Shown: positions 13,533-23,770, numbered from the stretch's first letter. The stretch: DNA of 64,000 nucleotides from an uncultured Verrucomicrobiaceae bacterium (GCA_964631955.1 CAZWBA010000002.1:12508-76507); one strand, 5' to 3'. Notes: generated from the letters alone by a model not told the origin. Numbers and translations are program-made.

Positions 13533-14696
13533 CTATACCCGATTTGCGCAAAATTGCACCAGCGCGGCAGCGAGATTTGTGCCGCATTCCAGCTTGCCCG
13601 CCCACTTTTTCGCCGCCATATCCAACCGGGGCAGGGCATCGATATACGCCGCCCACGCATCCGCGATATTGCCGTCGCCATTCCACGCATGCCAGAAATC
13701 GCGCAGGGCTGCCATCGATGGCGATGCCGTGTACTCGCCGTACAACTTTATAAATGCATCGAGCTTCGGCCAGTGCGCACCTTCCTCCTGCGCATAAATC
13801 TGCCAGACGAAAGGGCGAGCCGCCCATTGTGCGCGCACGAAAGAATCCTCTCCGCGCACGAAATTGATATCGCAGCTCCATAACAAGCGGTCGTAATCGG
13901 TCTGCGACATGAACGGCAATACGACGAGGGTGAGCGCACCGCGCTCGCGCACGGAACCCACCGCCAGTTCCTCGCCGAAAAATTGCGAGACCGCAGCCAG
14001 CGGCTGTCCTTCCGGTACGAAACAGATGATAGGCCGCTGGTGCGCTGTCCAGACCTGCAGCACATTTTCGATCGGCGCGTAACGATAGGCGAACAGGGAA
14101 ATTCGCAACGCACCCGGCGGCGGAGTAAAACCCGGACGCGCAAAAAAATTCAGCGCATTGCCGGCGTCCGCCTGAAAGGAATCTCTCTGCTGCGGCAAAT
14201 CGCGCTCGCCGGGCACGCCGCCGGTTCCATCCTGAAACCCCGGAAAGAAAAAATATTTTTTGAGCGCACGACCTTCGGGCAACGCGGCGGATTGCGGCGA
14301 CGGCAATCCATGACAGCCTGCCACCCAGTCTTCCGCGCTCAGATATTCGAGATTGATCCACAGCGAATGCTGCTGTCGCATCGCCACGCGATAATCAGCG
14401 GGAATTTCGCAGGCGAATGCCTCGATAACGATATCCGCCGCCTGCACGGGTTGCGGCAGCGGCGTCGACCAGTAACAGATCACGACACCGGCACTGATTT
14501 GCTGTGTTTGCGATATATCGATGGCTGGCTGGATTTTTTTCAGCGCGGATAAATCATCTATCCACAAGCGCACCACCAAATGAAACTCGTCGGCCAGTTG
14601 CCGCGCAAGTCGCCAGCATACGCCGGCGTCGCCATAATTATCGACAACGCGACAGAAAATATCCCAACGCTCGTTCATCGCTGCATTTTTTCCCAT
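13533..14696 (-). CDS. earP: EF-P arginine-32 rhamnosyltransferase EarP
   Basis: The N-terminal signature WDIFCRVVDNYGDAGVCWRLARQLA is typical of EarP (DUF2331). The gene lies directly upstream of efp. Confidence 0.85.
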   Translation of the reverse strand: MGKNAAMNERWDIFCRVVDNYGDAGVCWRLARQLADEFHLVVRLWIDDLSALKKIQPAIDISQTQQISAGVVICYWSTPLPQPVQAADIVIEAFACEIPADYRVAMRQQHSLWINLEYLSAEDWVAGCHGLPSPQSAALPEGRALKKYFFFPGFQDGTGGVPGERDLPQQRDSFQADAGNALNFFARPGFTPPPGALRISLFAYRYAPIENVLQVWTAHQRPIICFVPEGQPLAAVSQFFGEELAVGSVRERGALTLVVLPFMSQTDYDRLLWSCDINFVRGEDSFVRAQWAARPFVWQIYAQEEGAHWPKLDAFIKLYGEYTASPSMAALRDFWHAWNGDGNIADAWAAYIDALPRLDMAAKKWAGKLECGTNLAAALVQFCANRV

Positions 14697-14853
14697 CCAT
14701 TCACCACCATCGAACGAAAGGCGTGAAAATCGTCACCAAATCGGTGGCCGCGCTATATTCGCCGCCACCACCATATGGTTAAATTTGTTGCGGCATCTAA
14801 CTGTGCTTTTCGCACGTTCATTTTTTAATGGAAATCGACAGGAACCCAATCTC

Positions 14854-15252
14854 ATGAATATTCGCCTTCTGCGTCGCACCAGCTGGACCTTACTGTTTAC
14901 GCTTATCGCTTTATTATTACCCGTCGCGCCCGTGCATGCGGCACTGGTCGGCACTGAGCAACTTGTCAGCGCCGCGCAAGTCGAAACCGATCGCGAGCGG
15001 GTGCGCGTATTTCTGCAACGCGCCGATGTGCGCGACATGTTGAAGCAACGCGGGGTCGATGCCAATGTCGCCCTGTCGCGCGTGGATGCGATGACCGATG
15101 CCGAAGTGCAAACCGTCGCAACGCAGCTCGATCGGTTACCCGCGGGCGGCACCAGCGTGCTCGGCGCTGCAGTATTTATCTTCGTGCTGCTGCTCATCAC
15201 CGATATTCTCGGTCTCACCAAAATATTTCCGTTCACCCGTCCGGTTCGCTAA
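14854..15252 (+). CDS. PA2779-family small secreted/membrane-anchored protein
   Basis: It has a signal peptide (LLLPVAPVHA), a central helical region, and a C-terminal TM segment (GAAVFIFVLLLITDILGL). It is paired with a PA2778-type peptidase. Confidence 0.65.
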   Translation: MNIRLLRRTSWTLLFTLIALLLPVAPVHAALVGTEQLVSAAQVETDRERVRVFLQRADVRDMLKQRGVDANVALSRVDAMTDAEVQTVATQLDRLPAGGTSVLGAAVFIFVLLLITDILGLTKIFPFTRPVR

Positions 15253-15271
15253 CGACATCGTTCACTGACAA

Positions 15272-16255
15272 GTGTCGACGCTGCGAATATCTGGCGCCAG
15301 GCAAAATGCCCGCATCTGCGCGGGCATTTTTATTTGCGCGCTGATCCTGTTGCTATCGGGCTGCGCAACCCCCCAGCTGGATGCACTGCGTGCGCAGCTT
15401 CCCGCCGAATTACCGCATCGCGCCGAATTGAATCACGTGCCCTATTTTGCACAGGATGCCTATCAGTGCGGACCGGCAACACTGGCGATGGCATTCAGCG
15501 TCGCAGGAGTGAATATTCAGCCGCAACAGCTCGAAGCCGAGGTGTATCTGCCGGCGAAATTCGGCAGCCTGCAGGTGGAAATGCTTGCGGCGACGCGGCG
15601 TCACGGGTTACTCGCTTACCTGCTCGATCCACAGCTAAACGATCTGCTGGCCGAAGTTGCAGCCGGCCGGCCCGTCATCGTGCTGCAAAATCTCGGCCTG
15701 CACTGGTATCCCGTCTGGCACTACGCCGTCGTCATCGGTTACGACATCGACCGCGGCGAAATCATTCTGCGCTCGGGAGCCGAGCCCCGGCAGGCCTTAC
15801 CGCTGACAACGTTTGAACACACATGGGCACGCTCGAATTACTGGGCGATGCTTGCGCTATCGCCCGATCAATTGCCGGTCGATGCGAATGAAGATCGCCA
15901 CGTGGCCGCTGCCCTGGCGCTTGAACAAACCAGACAGGCGCGCGCGGCCTTGCTCGCTTATACCGCTGCGCTGCGACGCTGGCCGGATAATTTCAATGCG
16001 AGCATGGGCGCCGGCAATACGGCTTATGCGCTCGGCGATTTTGCGGGGGCGGAAGCGGCCTTCACGCGCGCGACATCATTGCAACCCGAGTCCGGCGCCG
16101 CGTTCAACAATCTGGCCGACACGCTCGCGCAACAAAAAAAATTCGAGCAGGCGCTCGTCGCTGCCAGGCATGCGGTCGCTCTCGGTGGCGAAATGCAGAA
16201 AATATTCCTGCAGACGAAAAACGAAATCGAAGCGCAGCTCAAGGCTGCGCAGTAA
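15272..16255 (+). CDS. PA2778-family C39-like cysteine peptidase lipoprotein with TPR repeats
   Basis: It has a lipobox (LLLSGC), a catalytic-Cys context (QDAYQCGPATLAMAF), and C-terminal TPR-like repeats. Confidence 0.7.
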   Translation: MSTLRISGARQNARICAGIFICALILLLSGCATPQLDALRAQLPAELPHRAELNHVPYFAQDAYQCGPATLAMAFSVAGVNIQPQQLEAEVYLPAKFGSLQVEMLAATRRHGLLAYLLDPQLNDLLAEVAAGRPVIVLQNLGLHWYPVWHYAVVIGYDIDRGEIILRSGAEPRQALPLTTFEHTWARSNYWAMLALSPDQLPVDANEDRHVAAALALEQTRQARAALLAYTAALRRWPDNFNASMGAGNTAYALGDFAGAEAAFTRATSLQPESGAAFNNLADTLAQQKKFEQALVAARHAVALGGEMQKIFLQTKNEIEAQLKAAQ

Positions 16256-17056
16256 TCAATTGAACTGGTAGACATCCATCGCGAGCGAGTCCATGTCGAT
16301 CGCATCGTACTCGCGCACCGCTTCAATATTTTCGCCCGCCGCGCCCGCCGCAAAAAACAGCGGCAGCAGATGCTCTTCCGTAGGATGCGCGCGCTGTGCG
16401 TGCGGTGCGAGCGTGCGGTATGCCAGTAACGATTGCACGTCGCCCGCGCGCAGCGTGTCGAAGATCCACTGCTGAAATTCGCGCACGTATTCCAGCGGTG
16501 ACGATGAAGCTTTCTGTGACTGCGATGCAGCGCGACGCATCGCCGCAAAAGCCTCATACAGATTATGCGTAAGACTGCCCGACCCTATCAGCCAGACATC
16601 TTCCTCTGCGAGTGCCGCGAGCGCACGCCCCATACCATAGTGATGCGCCGGCCCCAGGTGCGTCTGCAGCGACAACTGCACCACCGGCACTTCGCCATCG
16701 ACATACATTTCGCGCAGCGGCACCCAGGCGCCATGATCGAGACCGCGCTCCATATCGAGCGCCGCATCGAAACCGGCGTGCCGCAATAATTCGAGGGCAC
16801 GCCGTGCCATTTCAGGCGCGCCCGCTGCAGGGTATTCGATGCGATAAAGCGCATCGGGAAAGCCGCCGAAATCGTGAATCGTCGCGAGCCGGGCCGCACC
16901 CGTCAGCAGCGGTCGCGATGTCTCCCAATGCGCGGAGGCAATCACGATCGCCGCCGGTTTTCTCATCGCGGCGACACGGCGCCAGACCTGACCGACTTCG
17001 CCCGCATCGAGCGCAAGCGTCGGCGCACCGTGGGAAACGAAAATACTCGCGGACAT
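16256..17056 (-). CDS. ygiD: 4,5-DOPA dioxygenase extradiol-like (class III extradiol dioxygenase, YgiD family)
   Basis: 266 aa, with MSASIFVSHGAPTLAL and HDFGGFP motifs typical of YgiD/LigB-type enzymes. Confidence 0.8.
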   Translation of the reverse strand: MSASIFVSHGAPTLALDAGEVGQVWRRVAAMRKPAAIVIASAHWETSRPLLTGAARLATIHDFGGFPDALYRIEYPAAGAPEMARRALELLRHAGFDAALDMERGLDHGAWVPLREMYVDGEVPVVQLSLQTHLGPAHHYGMGRALAALAEEDVWLIGSGSLTHNLYEAFAAMRRAASQSQKASSSPLEYVREFQQWIFDTLRAGDVQSLLAYRTLAPHAQRAHPTEEHLLPLFFAAGAAGENIEAVREYDAIDMDSLAMDVYQFN

Positions 17057-17122
17057 CGCTCATTCCTCCTGCATGCGAACTCTCACCCATGAGAACGATT
17101 AATCCGGCCCGCGTCAATGGCG

Positions 17123-17410
17123 CTACATTCTGCTCTGCTCAAGCTGACGCAATTCGTACGAAAATTCGCGGCAGTTCTTCCACAGCCACGTATCGATTTC
17201 CTCGATACGCCTGCCGCGGCTTGCCTGCTTTGATTTTTTACTTTTTGAGGGCTTGCTCGCGATCGATCCCTGCCGCAGATTTATTTCACGCAGCTTGGCT
17301 TTTTCGCACTCGCGCCATTCCGCGCCGTGCACCATCGGTGCAAGCATTGCCGCTGCGACGATAAAACAACGAAGGGTGAATTTACGAAAAGAAAAAGGAA
17401 CGTAGGACAT
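17123..17410 (-). CDS. Hypothetical small secreted protein
   Basis: 95 aa with a signal peptide (FIVAAAMLAPMVHGA), two Cys residues and a Lys/Ser-rich linker. I recognise no family. Confidence 0.45.
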   Translation of the reverse strand: MSYVPFSFRKFTLRCFIVAAAMLAPMVHGAEWRECEKAKLREINLRQGSIASKPSKSKKSKQASRGRRIEEIDTWLWKNCREFSYELRQLEQSRM

Positions 17411-17520
17411 GATCAGCCTCCCTGCGAGAAATGCATCCTGCGAAAAATAAATCTAACCGCCTTCAGCGCGCTGCGAATGTATCAACCACCCCATCGGCAC
17501 ACAAGGAAGACGCGAAATTA

Positions 17521-17844
17521 TTATGACGTCTTTTGCGTTGACGTATCGGTCTTCGCTACGCGATGACGATTATCATTTAATGCCTGCAATTCACGCAACC
17601 ACTCGGTTGCCTCGAAATTTTTATTCAGCGCCCAGTGCGAGCCGATTTCGCCCACAAACAGCGTATCGCCCGGATGAATAAAATTCTCGAAGTATTTCTG
17701 CAGCGACTCTGCCGTATTGTTTGAAAATAACAGTCGGCAATTCCGGCAGACATTCACCTGTTGCTGGGCATCGAGATTCTTGAAAAACTGCGGGTATTCC
17801 TCAGAGCTGCGTCCCAGTTCGAAAACAATGCAATAAATAGCCAT
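17521..17844 (-). CDS. Hypothetical 107-aa protein
   Basis: Isolated ORF whose pattern of hydrophobic strands and helices is compatible with a beta-alpha-beta-beta-alpha-beta (ferredoxin-like) fold. I recognise no family. Confidence 0.45.
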   Translation of the reverse strand: MAIYCIVFELGRSSEEYPQFFKNLDAQQQVNVCRNCRLLFSNNTAESLQKYFENFIHPGDTLFVGEIGSHWALNKNFEATEWLRELQALNDNRHRVAKTDTSTQKTS

Positions 17845-18077
17845 TCAAATCCCTGCTTCCTGTTAAGAACCGCACCTTCGCGCAATTTCCCGCTGCACAC
17901 ATTGACCACGGACTTACGCAATTCCCGACTATATAAACGTCGCTATAAATAACCGTCAACCCTAGTGATTCAGCGATACTAGTCGTGAACGGATATTTGC
18001 GAAAGCAATGCGTCGACAACATACTGCGAACGGGCAAAGACAATTTGCGAATCGCAATTCGCTGCGCGGAAAAGTTT

Positions 18078-20612
18078 ATGACTTCGATCACCGGGCCAAA
18101 CGAGTCCTCGCCGTTGCGTAACCTGCGTCTTTATTGCATCGCAGCGGGCTGCGCGTTGACGCTGTTTCTGGGACTGTGGGCGTCGACACGTATCGTCGAT
18201 CATCAACACCATCAATTCACCGAAAATGCTTCGCACCTTTCGAATACGGTTGCAACGCGGCTCGCGACCAGCCTGGCAATGACGCGCGGCCTGCGCGCGT
18301 TCTACGATGCCTCGGAATATATCAGCGAGGATGAATTCGCCATTTTTGCCGCGGCCACGCTGAGAAATTTCGATTACGCCATCGCCGCCCTCTATGCACC
18401 CCGCATCGATGCCGGCGGGCGCGATGTCTTCGAACAAAGATTGCAGGCGAGCGGTTACGGCGGCATCCGTGAATTCGATGGACAATCGCTGCGAACCGGC
18501 GCTGAGCGAAATCGCTATTTCCCGCTGCGGTTCCTGCAGGGCGCGCAGACGACGCCGCACGAACTCATCGGCCTGGATCTGTTCGATGAGTGGCGCGAGG
18601 TTTTCACCGAAAGCATGCTGAATGACAAGGCCCTGGCAGCGCCGGCGCCGTTCTTTCGCGCTGCTGGCGATAGCGGCATCGCGCTGCTGGCGCCGGTCTA
18701 TCAGAAAAATCACACGCGCAGCGACGCGGAACAGGTCACCGGGCTGGTGGCGATCGTCGTCGATAAAAATCAATTGCTGGGCATCAATACGCTCGCACCC
18801 GGAAGCCATTTGCAAATCCGGCTCGGCGAGCATTCGCTCATCGATTTTTCATCGGGGCAGAATTTTCCGTTGTCGTTGTGGGCGGTGGGTGAGGAAATTT
18901 ACAGGCACAGTTTCAACACCGGCAATCAGATGGTCGAGCTGCAATTGCGTGGCCAGCTCTCGATGGATCGCGCGGATGCGTTGACGCTCATCGGCGCGCT
19001 CGCTTTCGGCATCGCCCTGTCCATCGTCACGTACATCGTGCTGCGCTCGCACTTGCTGGCCAGTCTGGCAGCCGCAAAAAGCCGGGCGAAAAGCGAATTT
19101 CTCGCCGTCATGAGCCACGAAATCCGCACGCCGCTGAATGGCATTCTGGGCATGACCGAATTGCTCGAACGCACAGCGCTCAACGACGAGCAGCGCAGTT
19201 ACGCAAAAACGGTATCGACTGCGGGACACACGCTGCTCGAAGTCATCAACGATGTGCTCGATATTTCCAAAATCGAAGCCAATCGCATGCGCCTCGAAAA
19301 TATCGATTTCGATCTCGCGCAACTGCTCAGCGATGTCGTCGATATCTATCGCCTGCCATTTTTCAATCGCGGCGTCGGCTTCGATGTGTCGATGGCCCCC
19401 GCGGTGCCGGAGCAGGTCATCGGCGATCCCACACGACTGCGACAGATTCTCAATAATTTATTGTCGAATGCCCTGAAATTTACCGAGTGCGGCACGGTGA
19501 CATTGCGCGTGAACTGCCTGCTCACGGAAAAGAATGATTGTCGCCTGCGCTTTGAAATCGCCGATACCGGTATCGGTATCGATCGCGACAGTCAGGCCGG
19601 TGTATTCGACGCGTATACGCGCGCCACCGACTGGACCAGCCGCCGTTACGGCGGCACCGGGCTCGGCCTCAGCATCTGCAAGCAGCTGATTACCATGATG
19701 GGCGGCGTCATCGGTGTCGAGAGCGAGCGCGGCAAGGGCAGCACGTTCTGGTTCGAGGTTTCCCTGCCGCATAAACCCAATGCGAAAATCGATCTCGAAC
19801 CGTGGCGCGACTGGCGCGTTCTGATCATCGCCAACTCCGAGCCCGCGCGTCAGTCGTCGCTCGCGCACACGGCCGCGCTGGGAATGCGCGCGACTACCGC
19901 CAGCAATACGCAGCTTGCCTGGACCTGGCTGGAAGCACATCGCGCGGCGCTGCCGGATTTAATCATCATCGATATGCTGCCGGTCGCCGAGCACGATGCC
20001 GAATTTGTCGCACGGCTTGGCCGCGATACGACTTTTCCGGATATTCCCGTGCTGCTGTATTCGCACAACCACCCCGTCGAAAACCATCCCAATGTTATCT
20101 ACAGCGGAGCCAAGCCCTGCAGCGTCGCCCGGCTGAGCGCGGTGCTGGGCAGCAGCGACAGCGACCATGCAACGGCCGAGCGCAGCGACAATGTGGTCGA
20201 ACTGGCACAGCCGCTGAACATTCTCGTCGCCGAAGACAATATCGTGAATATTGCCGTGCTCAAATCGATGCTCAAGCAACTGGGGCATCGCAGCACGTTT
20301 TGTGAAAACGGTGAGGCGGTGCTGGCGACGTATTGCAAGTCGCCACAACGTTTCGATGTAATTCTGATGGATTGTGAAATGCCGGTGCTCGATGGTTTCA
20401 GTGCAACGCGCGCGATTCGCGCCTTTGAGCATCAGCAGGGAACGATGTCGATTCCGATCATCGCGCTGACCGCACATGCATTTCGCGAGCAGCAGGCGAA
20501 ATGCCTGGAAGCTGGAATGGACCGCTATCTGAGCAAACCGATTACCCTGGCAACGCTGACCGCAGTACTGCAGCAGTACCAGCGGTCAGCCATGAGCAGC
20601 ACAAAAGCCTGA
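18078..20612 (+). CDS. CHASE-domain hybrid sensor histidine kinase with receiver domains
   Basis: It has a periplasmic CHASE-like region and an H-box ([13 protein letters not shown]). N and G boxes are present ([24 protein letters not shown]). A degenerate receiver is followed by a canonical one ([10 protein letters not shown]...[12 protein letters not shown]). The ATG at 18078 is preferred over the GTG at 17985. Confidence 0.85.
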   Translation: MTSITGPNESSPLRNLRLYCIAAGCALTLFLGLWASTRIVDHQHHQFTENASHLSNTVATRLATSLAMTRGLRAFYDASEYISEDEFAIFAAATLRNFDYAIAALYAPRIDAGGRDVFEQRLQASGYGGIREFDGQSLRTGAERNRYFPLRFLQGAQTTPHELIGLDLFDEWREVFTESMLNDKALAAPAPFFRAAGDSGIALLAPVYQKNHTRSDAEQVTGLVAIVVDKNQLLGINTLAPGSHLQIRLGEHSLIDFSSGQNFPLSLWAVGEEIYRHSFNTGNQMVELQLRGQLSMDRADALTLIGALAFGIALSIVTYIVLRSHLLASLAAAKSRAKSEFLAVMSHEIRTPLNGILGMTELLERTALNDEQRSYAKTVSTAGHTLLEVINDVLDISKIEANRMRLENIDFDLAQLLSDVVDIYRLPFFNRGVGFDVSMAPAVPEQVIGDPTRLRQILNNLLSNALKFTECGTVTLRVNCLLTEKNDCRLRFEIADTGIGIDRDSQAGVFDAYTRATDWTSRRYGGTGLGLSICKQLITMMGGVIGVESERGKGSTFWFEVSLPHKPNAKIDLEPWRDWRVLIIANSEPARQSSLAHTAALGMRATTASNTQLAWTWLEAHRAALPDLIIIDMLPVAEHDAEFVARLGRDTTFPDIPVLLYSHNHPVENHPNVIYSGAKPCSVARLSAVLGSSDSDHATAERSDNVVELAQPLNILVAEDNIVNIAVLKSMLKQLGHRSTFCENGEAVLATYCKSPQRFDVILMDCEMPVLDGFSATRAIRAFEHQQGTMSIPIIALTAHAFREQQAKCLEAGMDRYLSKPITLATLTAVLQQYQRSAMSSTKA

Positions 20613-20660
20613 CGATGTCGCCATAGCGCGCCACGCCCATGCGCATCCCGGGCTGCTGCC

Positions 20661-20999
20661 TTATTCGCCCTGCGCCGCCGCCTTGCTCGCCGCTTCTTTA
20701 ATCAATGGCTGCAATTCGCCATTCGCGTGCATTTCACACACGATATCGCAGCCGCCGATCAACTCGCCGTTCACCCACAGCTGCGGAAACGTCGGCCAGT
20801 TTGCGTATTTGGGCAGATTCGCACGAACCTCGGGATTCGACAGCACATCGACGAACGCAAAACGCTCCCCGCACGCCATCAATGCCTGCGAAGTGCGTGC
20901 GGAAAATCCGCACTGCGGCTGATTCGGCGAACCTTTCATATACAGCAGAATGGGGTTCGAACTGATCTGATCTTTGATGGTGGCAAAGATGTCTTCCAT
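20661..20999 (-). CDS. grxD: Grx4-family monothiol glutaredoxin
   Basis: CGFS active site (GSPNQPQCGFS). Length is about 112 aa from the ATG at 20999. Confidence 0.9.
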   Translation of the reverse strand: MEDIFATIKDQISSNPILLYMKGSPNQPQCGFSARTSQALMACGERFAFVDVLSNPEVRANLPKYANWPTFPQLWVNGELIGGCDIVCEMHANGELQPLIKEAASKAAAQGE

Positions 21000-21176
21000 A
21001 CAGTGCTCCTGACGATGAGGGAGAATTGAAAATCGGCGACCTGACGGTCTAGAAGAGATGCGGCAAATTCTACACAGATTCAAGGCCCATTCCGAGCGCG
21101 GCACCGCTTCGAGGGCGACGACGCTGTCTTTGCGATTGCCGCTATCCGTATAACCCGCTAGTATTGGCTCCTTTCC

Positions 21177-21198
21177 GGCAGCTATCAGCTGCCTTTTT
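21177..21198 (+). terminator. Orphan terminator-like hairpin in a divergent intergenic region
   Basis: GGCAGCT (21177-21183), loop ATC, AGCTGCC (21187-21193), then TTTTT. No plus-strand gene lies upstream of it. Confidence 0.35.
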
Positions 21199-21350
21199 GC
21201 GTTTTACGCCGCCTGTTTGTTTAAAAGCCTGCGGTAATTTTAAATCTGTTCTGGTAAAAACCAGCGGCGTTTTCGCTAGCGATCGGCAGTGCATGACACC
21301 TGCCGAACACCCGGCGCTTTCGCCCGTATTTGTTCGAGACCCGCACGACC

Positions 21351-22538
21351 ATGACGCAACCGGCGTTAATGCATACTTACGGCCGCCTGCCCGTGACGTT
21401 TGAGCACGGCGAGGGGGTCTGGCTGTTCGATACCGATGGCAGGCGTTATCTCGACGCGCTCAGCGGCGTCGCCGTCAACGCGCTCGGGCACGGCCACCCC
21501 GCGCTGGTTCAGGCGATCCAGCAGCAGGCCGCCAGACTCATTCACACCTCGAATATCTACTCGATTCAACGTCAGACCGAACTCGGCGAGGCGTTGCGCG
21601 CCGTATCGGGCATGCAGAATGTGTTTTTCTGTAACTCCGGCGCCGAGGCGAACGAAGCCGCGATCAAGCTCGCGCGCCTTTACGGACACAGGAAGAATAT
21701 CGACAAGCCGACCATCATCGTGACCGAGCAGTCGTTTCACGGCCGTACGATGGCGACGCTGACCGCATCGGGCAATCGCAAGATTCAGGCGGGCTTCGAG
21801 CCGCTCGTCGCCGGTTTCACGCGCGCCCCGTTTGCCGATATCGAAGCGCTGCAGACCATCGGTCGCAATAATCCCGATGTGGTCGCGGTGCTGATCGAAC
21901 CCGTGCAGGGCGAGGGTGGTATCAACATCCCTGCGCCCGGCTTTCTCAGGCAATTGCGCCAGCTCTGCGATGAACGCGGCTGGCTGTTGATGCTCGATGA
22001 AGTGCAGACCGGCAATGGCCGTACGGGCAGATTCTTTGCCTATCAGCACGAAGGCATTCTTCCCGATATCGTCACCACCGCCAAAGGTCTCGGCGGCGGC
22101 GTGCCGATCGGCGCCTGCCTCGCGCACGGCGCCGCGGCGGAACTGTTTCAGCCCGGCAATCACGGCTCGACTTTTGGCGGCAACCCGCTCGCCTGTGCAG
22201 CCGGCCTCGCTGTCGTCAATGCCATCAACGAACAAGGCCTCGCTGCCAATGCCGCCCGGCAGGGTGAGTACTTGCTTACGCAGCTGCGCGCGCGGCTGAG
22301 TGGTATCGATGGCGTAGTCGCCGTGCGCGGCTGCGGTCTTCTGCTCGGCATCGAATTGACCAGACCCTGCGGCGATCTCGTGAAAGCGGCACTGGCCAAA
22401 GGTCTGCTGATCAACGTTACCGCCGACAAGGTTGTCCGTCTGCTGCCACCATTGATCTGGCAGCAGGAACACAGCGAGCAGTTGCTCGACATCCTGTGCC
22501 CGCTCATCCGCGAGTTCTGCGCGGGCACCGGTTCCTAG
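21351..22538 (+). CDS. argD: Acetylornithine aminotransferase (class III PLP aminotransferase)
   Basis: [22 protein letters not shown], plus the PLP lysine context ([12 protein letters not shown]). It is adjacent to argF. Confidence 0.85.
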   Translation: MTQPALMHTYGRLPVTFEHGEGVWLFDTDGRRYLDALSGVAVNALGHGHPALVQAIQQQAARLIHTSNIYSIQRQTELGEALRAVSGMQNVFFCNSGAEANEAAIKLARLYGHRKNIDKPTIIVTEQSFHGRTMATLTASGNRKIQAGFEPLVAGFTRAPFADIEALQTIGRNNPDVVAVLIEPVQGEGGINIPAPGFLRQLRQLCDERGWLLMLDEVQTGNGRTGRFFAYQHEGILPDIVTTAKGLGGGVPIGACLAHGAAAELFQPGNHGSTFGGNPLACAAGLAVVNAINEQGLAANAARQGEYLLTQLRARLSGIDGVVAVRGCGLLLGIELTRPCGDLVKAALAKGLLINVTADKVVRLLPPLIWQQEHSEQLLDILCPLIREFCAGTGS

Positions 22539-22590
22539 TTCACTCAACATCGAGGAGGGTTGCGCTGCCGAGCCTGGCCGCACCGCCATC

Positions 22591-23496
22591 ATGGCTGTTA
22601 GACATTTCCTGACTTTGCTGGACTTAACGCCAGCCGAACTGCATCACGTATTGCAACGCGCCGCCGCCTTCAAGCAAGAGCACCGCCAACGTCAATACTC
22701 CGACCGCTTCAAAAACCATGTGCTGGGCATGATTTTCGAGAAGTCCTCGACACGCACACGCGTCTCTTTTGAGGCGGGCATGGCGCAGATGGGCGGGCAC
22801 GCCATGTTTCTCGCGCCGAAGGACACCCAGCTCGGGCGCGGCGAGCCGATCGAGGACAGCGCGCGCGTGATGTCGGCGATGGTCGATATCATCATGATCC
22901 GCACCTTCGGCCACAGCCGCGTCGAGCGTTTCGCGCAGTTTTCGTCGGTTCCCGTCATCAACGCGCTGACCGACGATTTCCACCCCTGCCAGGTGCTGGC
23001 CGACATCCAGACTTTCATCGAGCATCGCGGCAGCATTCAGGGCAAAACCGTGGCGTGGATAGGCGACGGTAACAACATGTGCCAGACCTACATCCACGCC
23101 GCCCGCCAGTTCGACTTCGAATTACGCATCGCCTGCCCGCAGGGTTTCGAGCCGCGCGAGGATCTGGTCGATGGCAACCGCGACCGCGTCGCCGTCTTGC
23201 GCGACCCGAAAGAAGCCGCGCGCGGTGCGCACCTGCTGGCGACCGACGTCTGGGCCTCGATGGGTCATGAACACGAGATCAACGAGCGCCGCCGCGCCTT
23301 TGCGGGTTATCAGCTCAACCGGGAATTGCTGGCGGTCGCCGCTGCCGACGCGCTGTACATGCACTGCCTGCCGGCGCATCGCGAGGAGGAAATCAGCGCC
23401 GACCTGATGGAAGATGTCCACAGCGTGATCTGGGACGAAGCGGAGAACCGGCTGCATTCGCAAAAAGCCCTGATGGAATTTCTGCTCACGCAATAA
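22591..23496 (+). CDS. argF: Ornithine carbamoyltransferase
   Basis: Motifs [13 protein letters not shown] and HCLP. Length is 301 aa. Confidence 0.9.
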   Translation: MAVRHFLTLLDLTPAELHHVLQRAAAFKQEHRQRQYSDRFKNHVLGMIFEKSSTRTRVSFEAGMAQMGGHAMFLAPKDTQLGRGEPIEDSARVMSAMVDIIMIRTFGHSRVERFAQFSSVPVINALTDDFHPCQVLADIQTFIEHRGSIQGKTVAWIGDGNNMCQTYIHAARQFDFELRIACPQGFEPREDLVDGNRDRVAVLRDPKEAARGAHLLATDVWASMGHEHEINERRRAFAGYQLNRELLAVAAADALYMHCLPAHREEEISADLMEDVHSVIWDEAENRLHSQKALMEFLLTQ

Positions 23497-23630
23497 TTCG
23501 GGCGAATAATAAATTGATAATCATATAAATTTTTTGTTTAACAGCCCCCTTTTCCGAGGTGACGGTAACACTCCCGCGTCATCGGGGGCTGCCGGGTTAG
23601 TGCCCGCCCACACCCATCATTAATCACAAC

Positions 23631-23639
23631 TTATCCACA
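23631..23639 (+). promoter_or_regulatory. Consensus DnaA box upstream of nrdA
   Basis: Exact TTATCCACA, 132 nt upstream of the nrdA start codon. Confidence 0.5.
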
Positions 23640-23678
23640 AGCCGCACCCAGTTTATTCGGCTTGCACTCCCCCCCCAA

Positions 23679-23725
23679 CCGCATTATCTTGTATCTCGTT
23701 TTTTTCAAACCCCAATATCTTGGGG
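23679..23725 (+). promoter_or_regulatory. Tandem NrdR boxes
   Basis: CCGCATTATCTTGTAT (23679-23694) and the palindrome CCCCAATATCTTGGGG (23710-23725) both fit the remembered NrdR-box consensus acaCwAtATaTwGtgt. They are spaced 31 bp apart. Confidence 0.5.
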
Positions 23726-23770
23726 TTTGCCGGGCAATAATTATACAGTCATCGCGCTTCAGGAGAGCCC

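Noticed and set aside
17985-18077. Repeated TTGCGAA-type palindromes upstream of the CHASE kinase gene (for example TTGCGAATCGCAA near 18045).
   Set aside because: They are short, overlapping and AT/GC-mixed palindromes that could arise by chance. There are too few copies, and I could not define a consistent motif.
21366-22592. 408-aa ORF antisense to argD.
   Set aside because: It fully overlaps a gene with clear aminotransferase motifs on the other strand. Its product is Arg/Ala/Gly-rich low-complexity sequence, typical of spurious antisense ORFs in ~60% G+C DNA.
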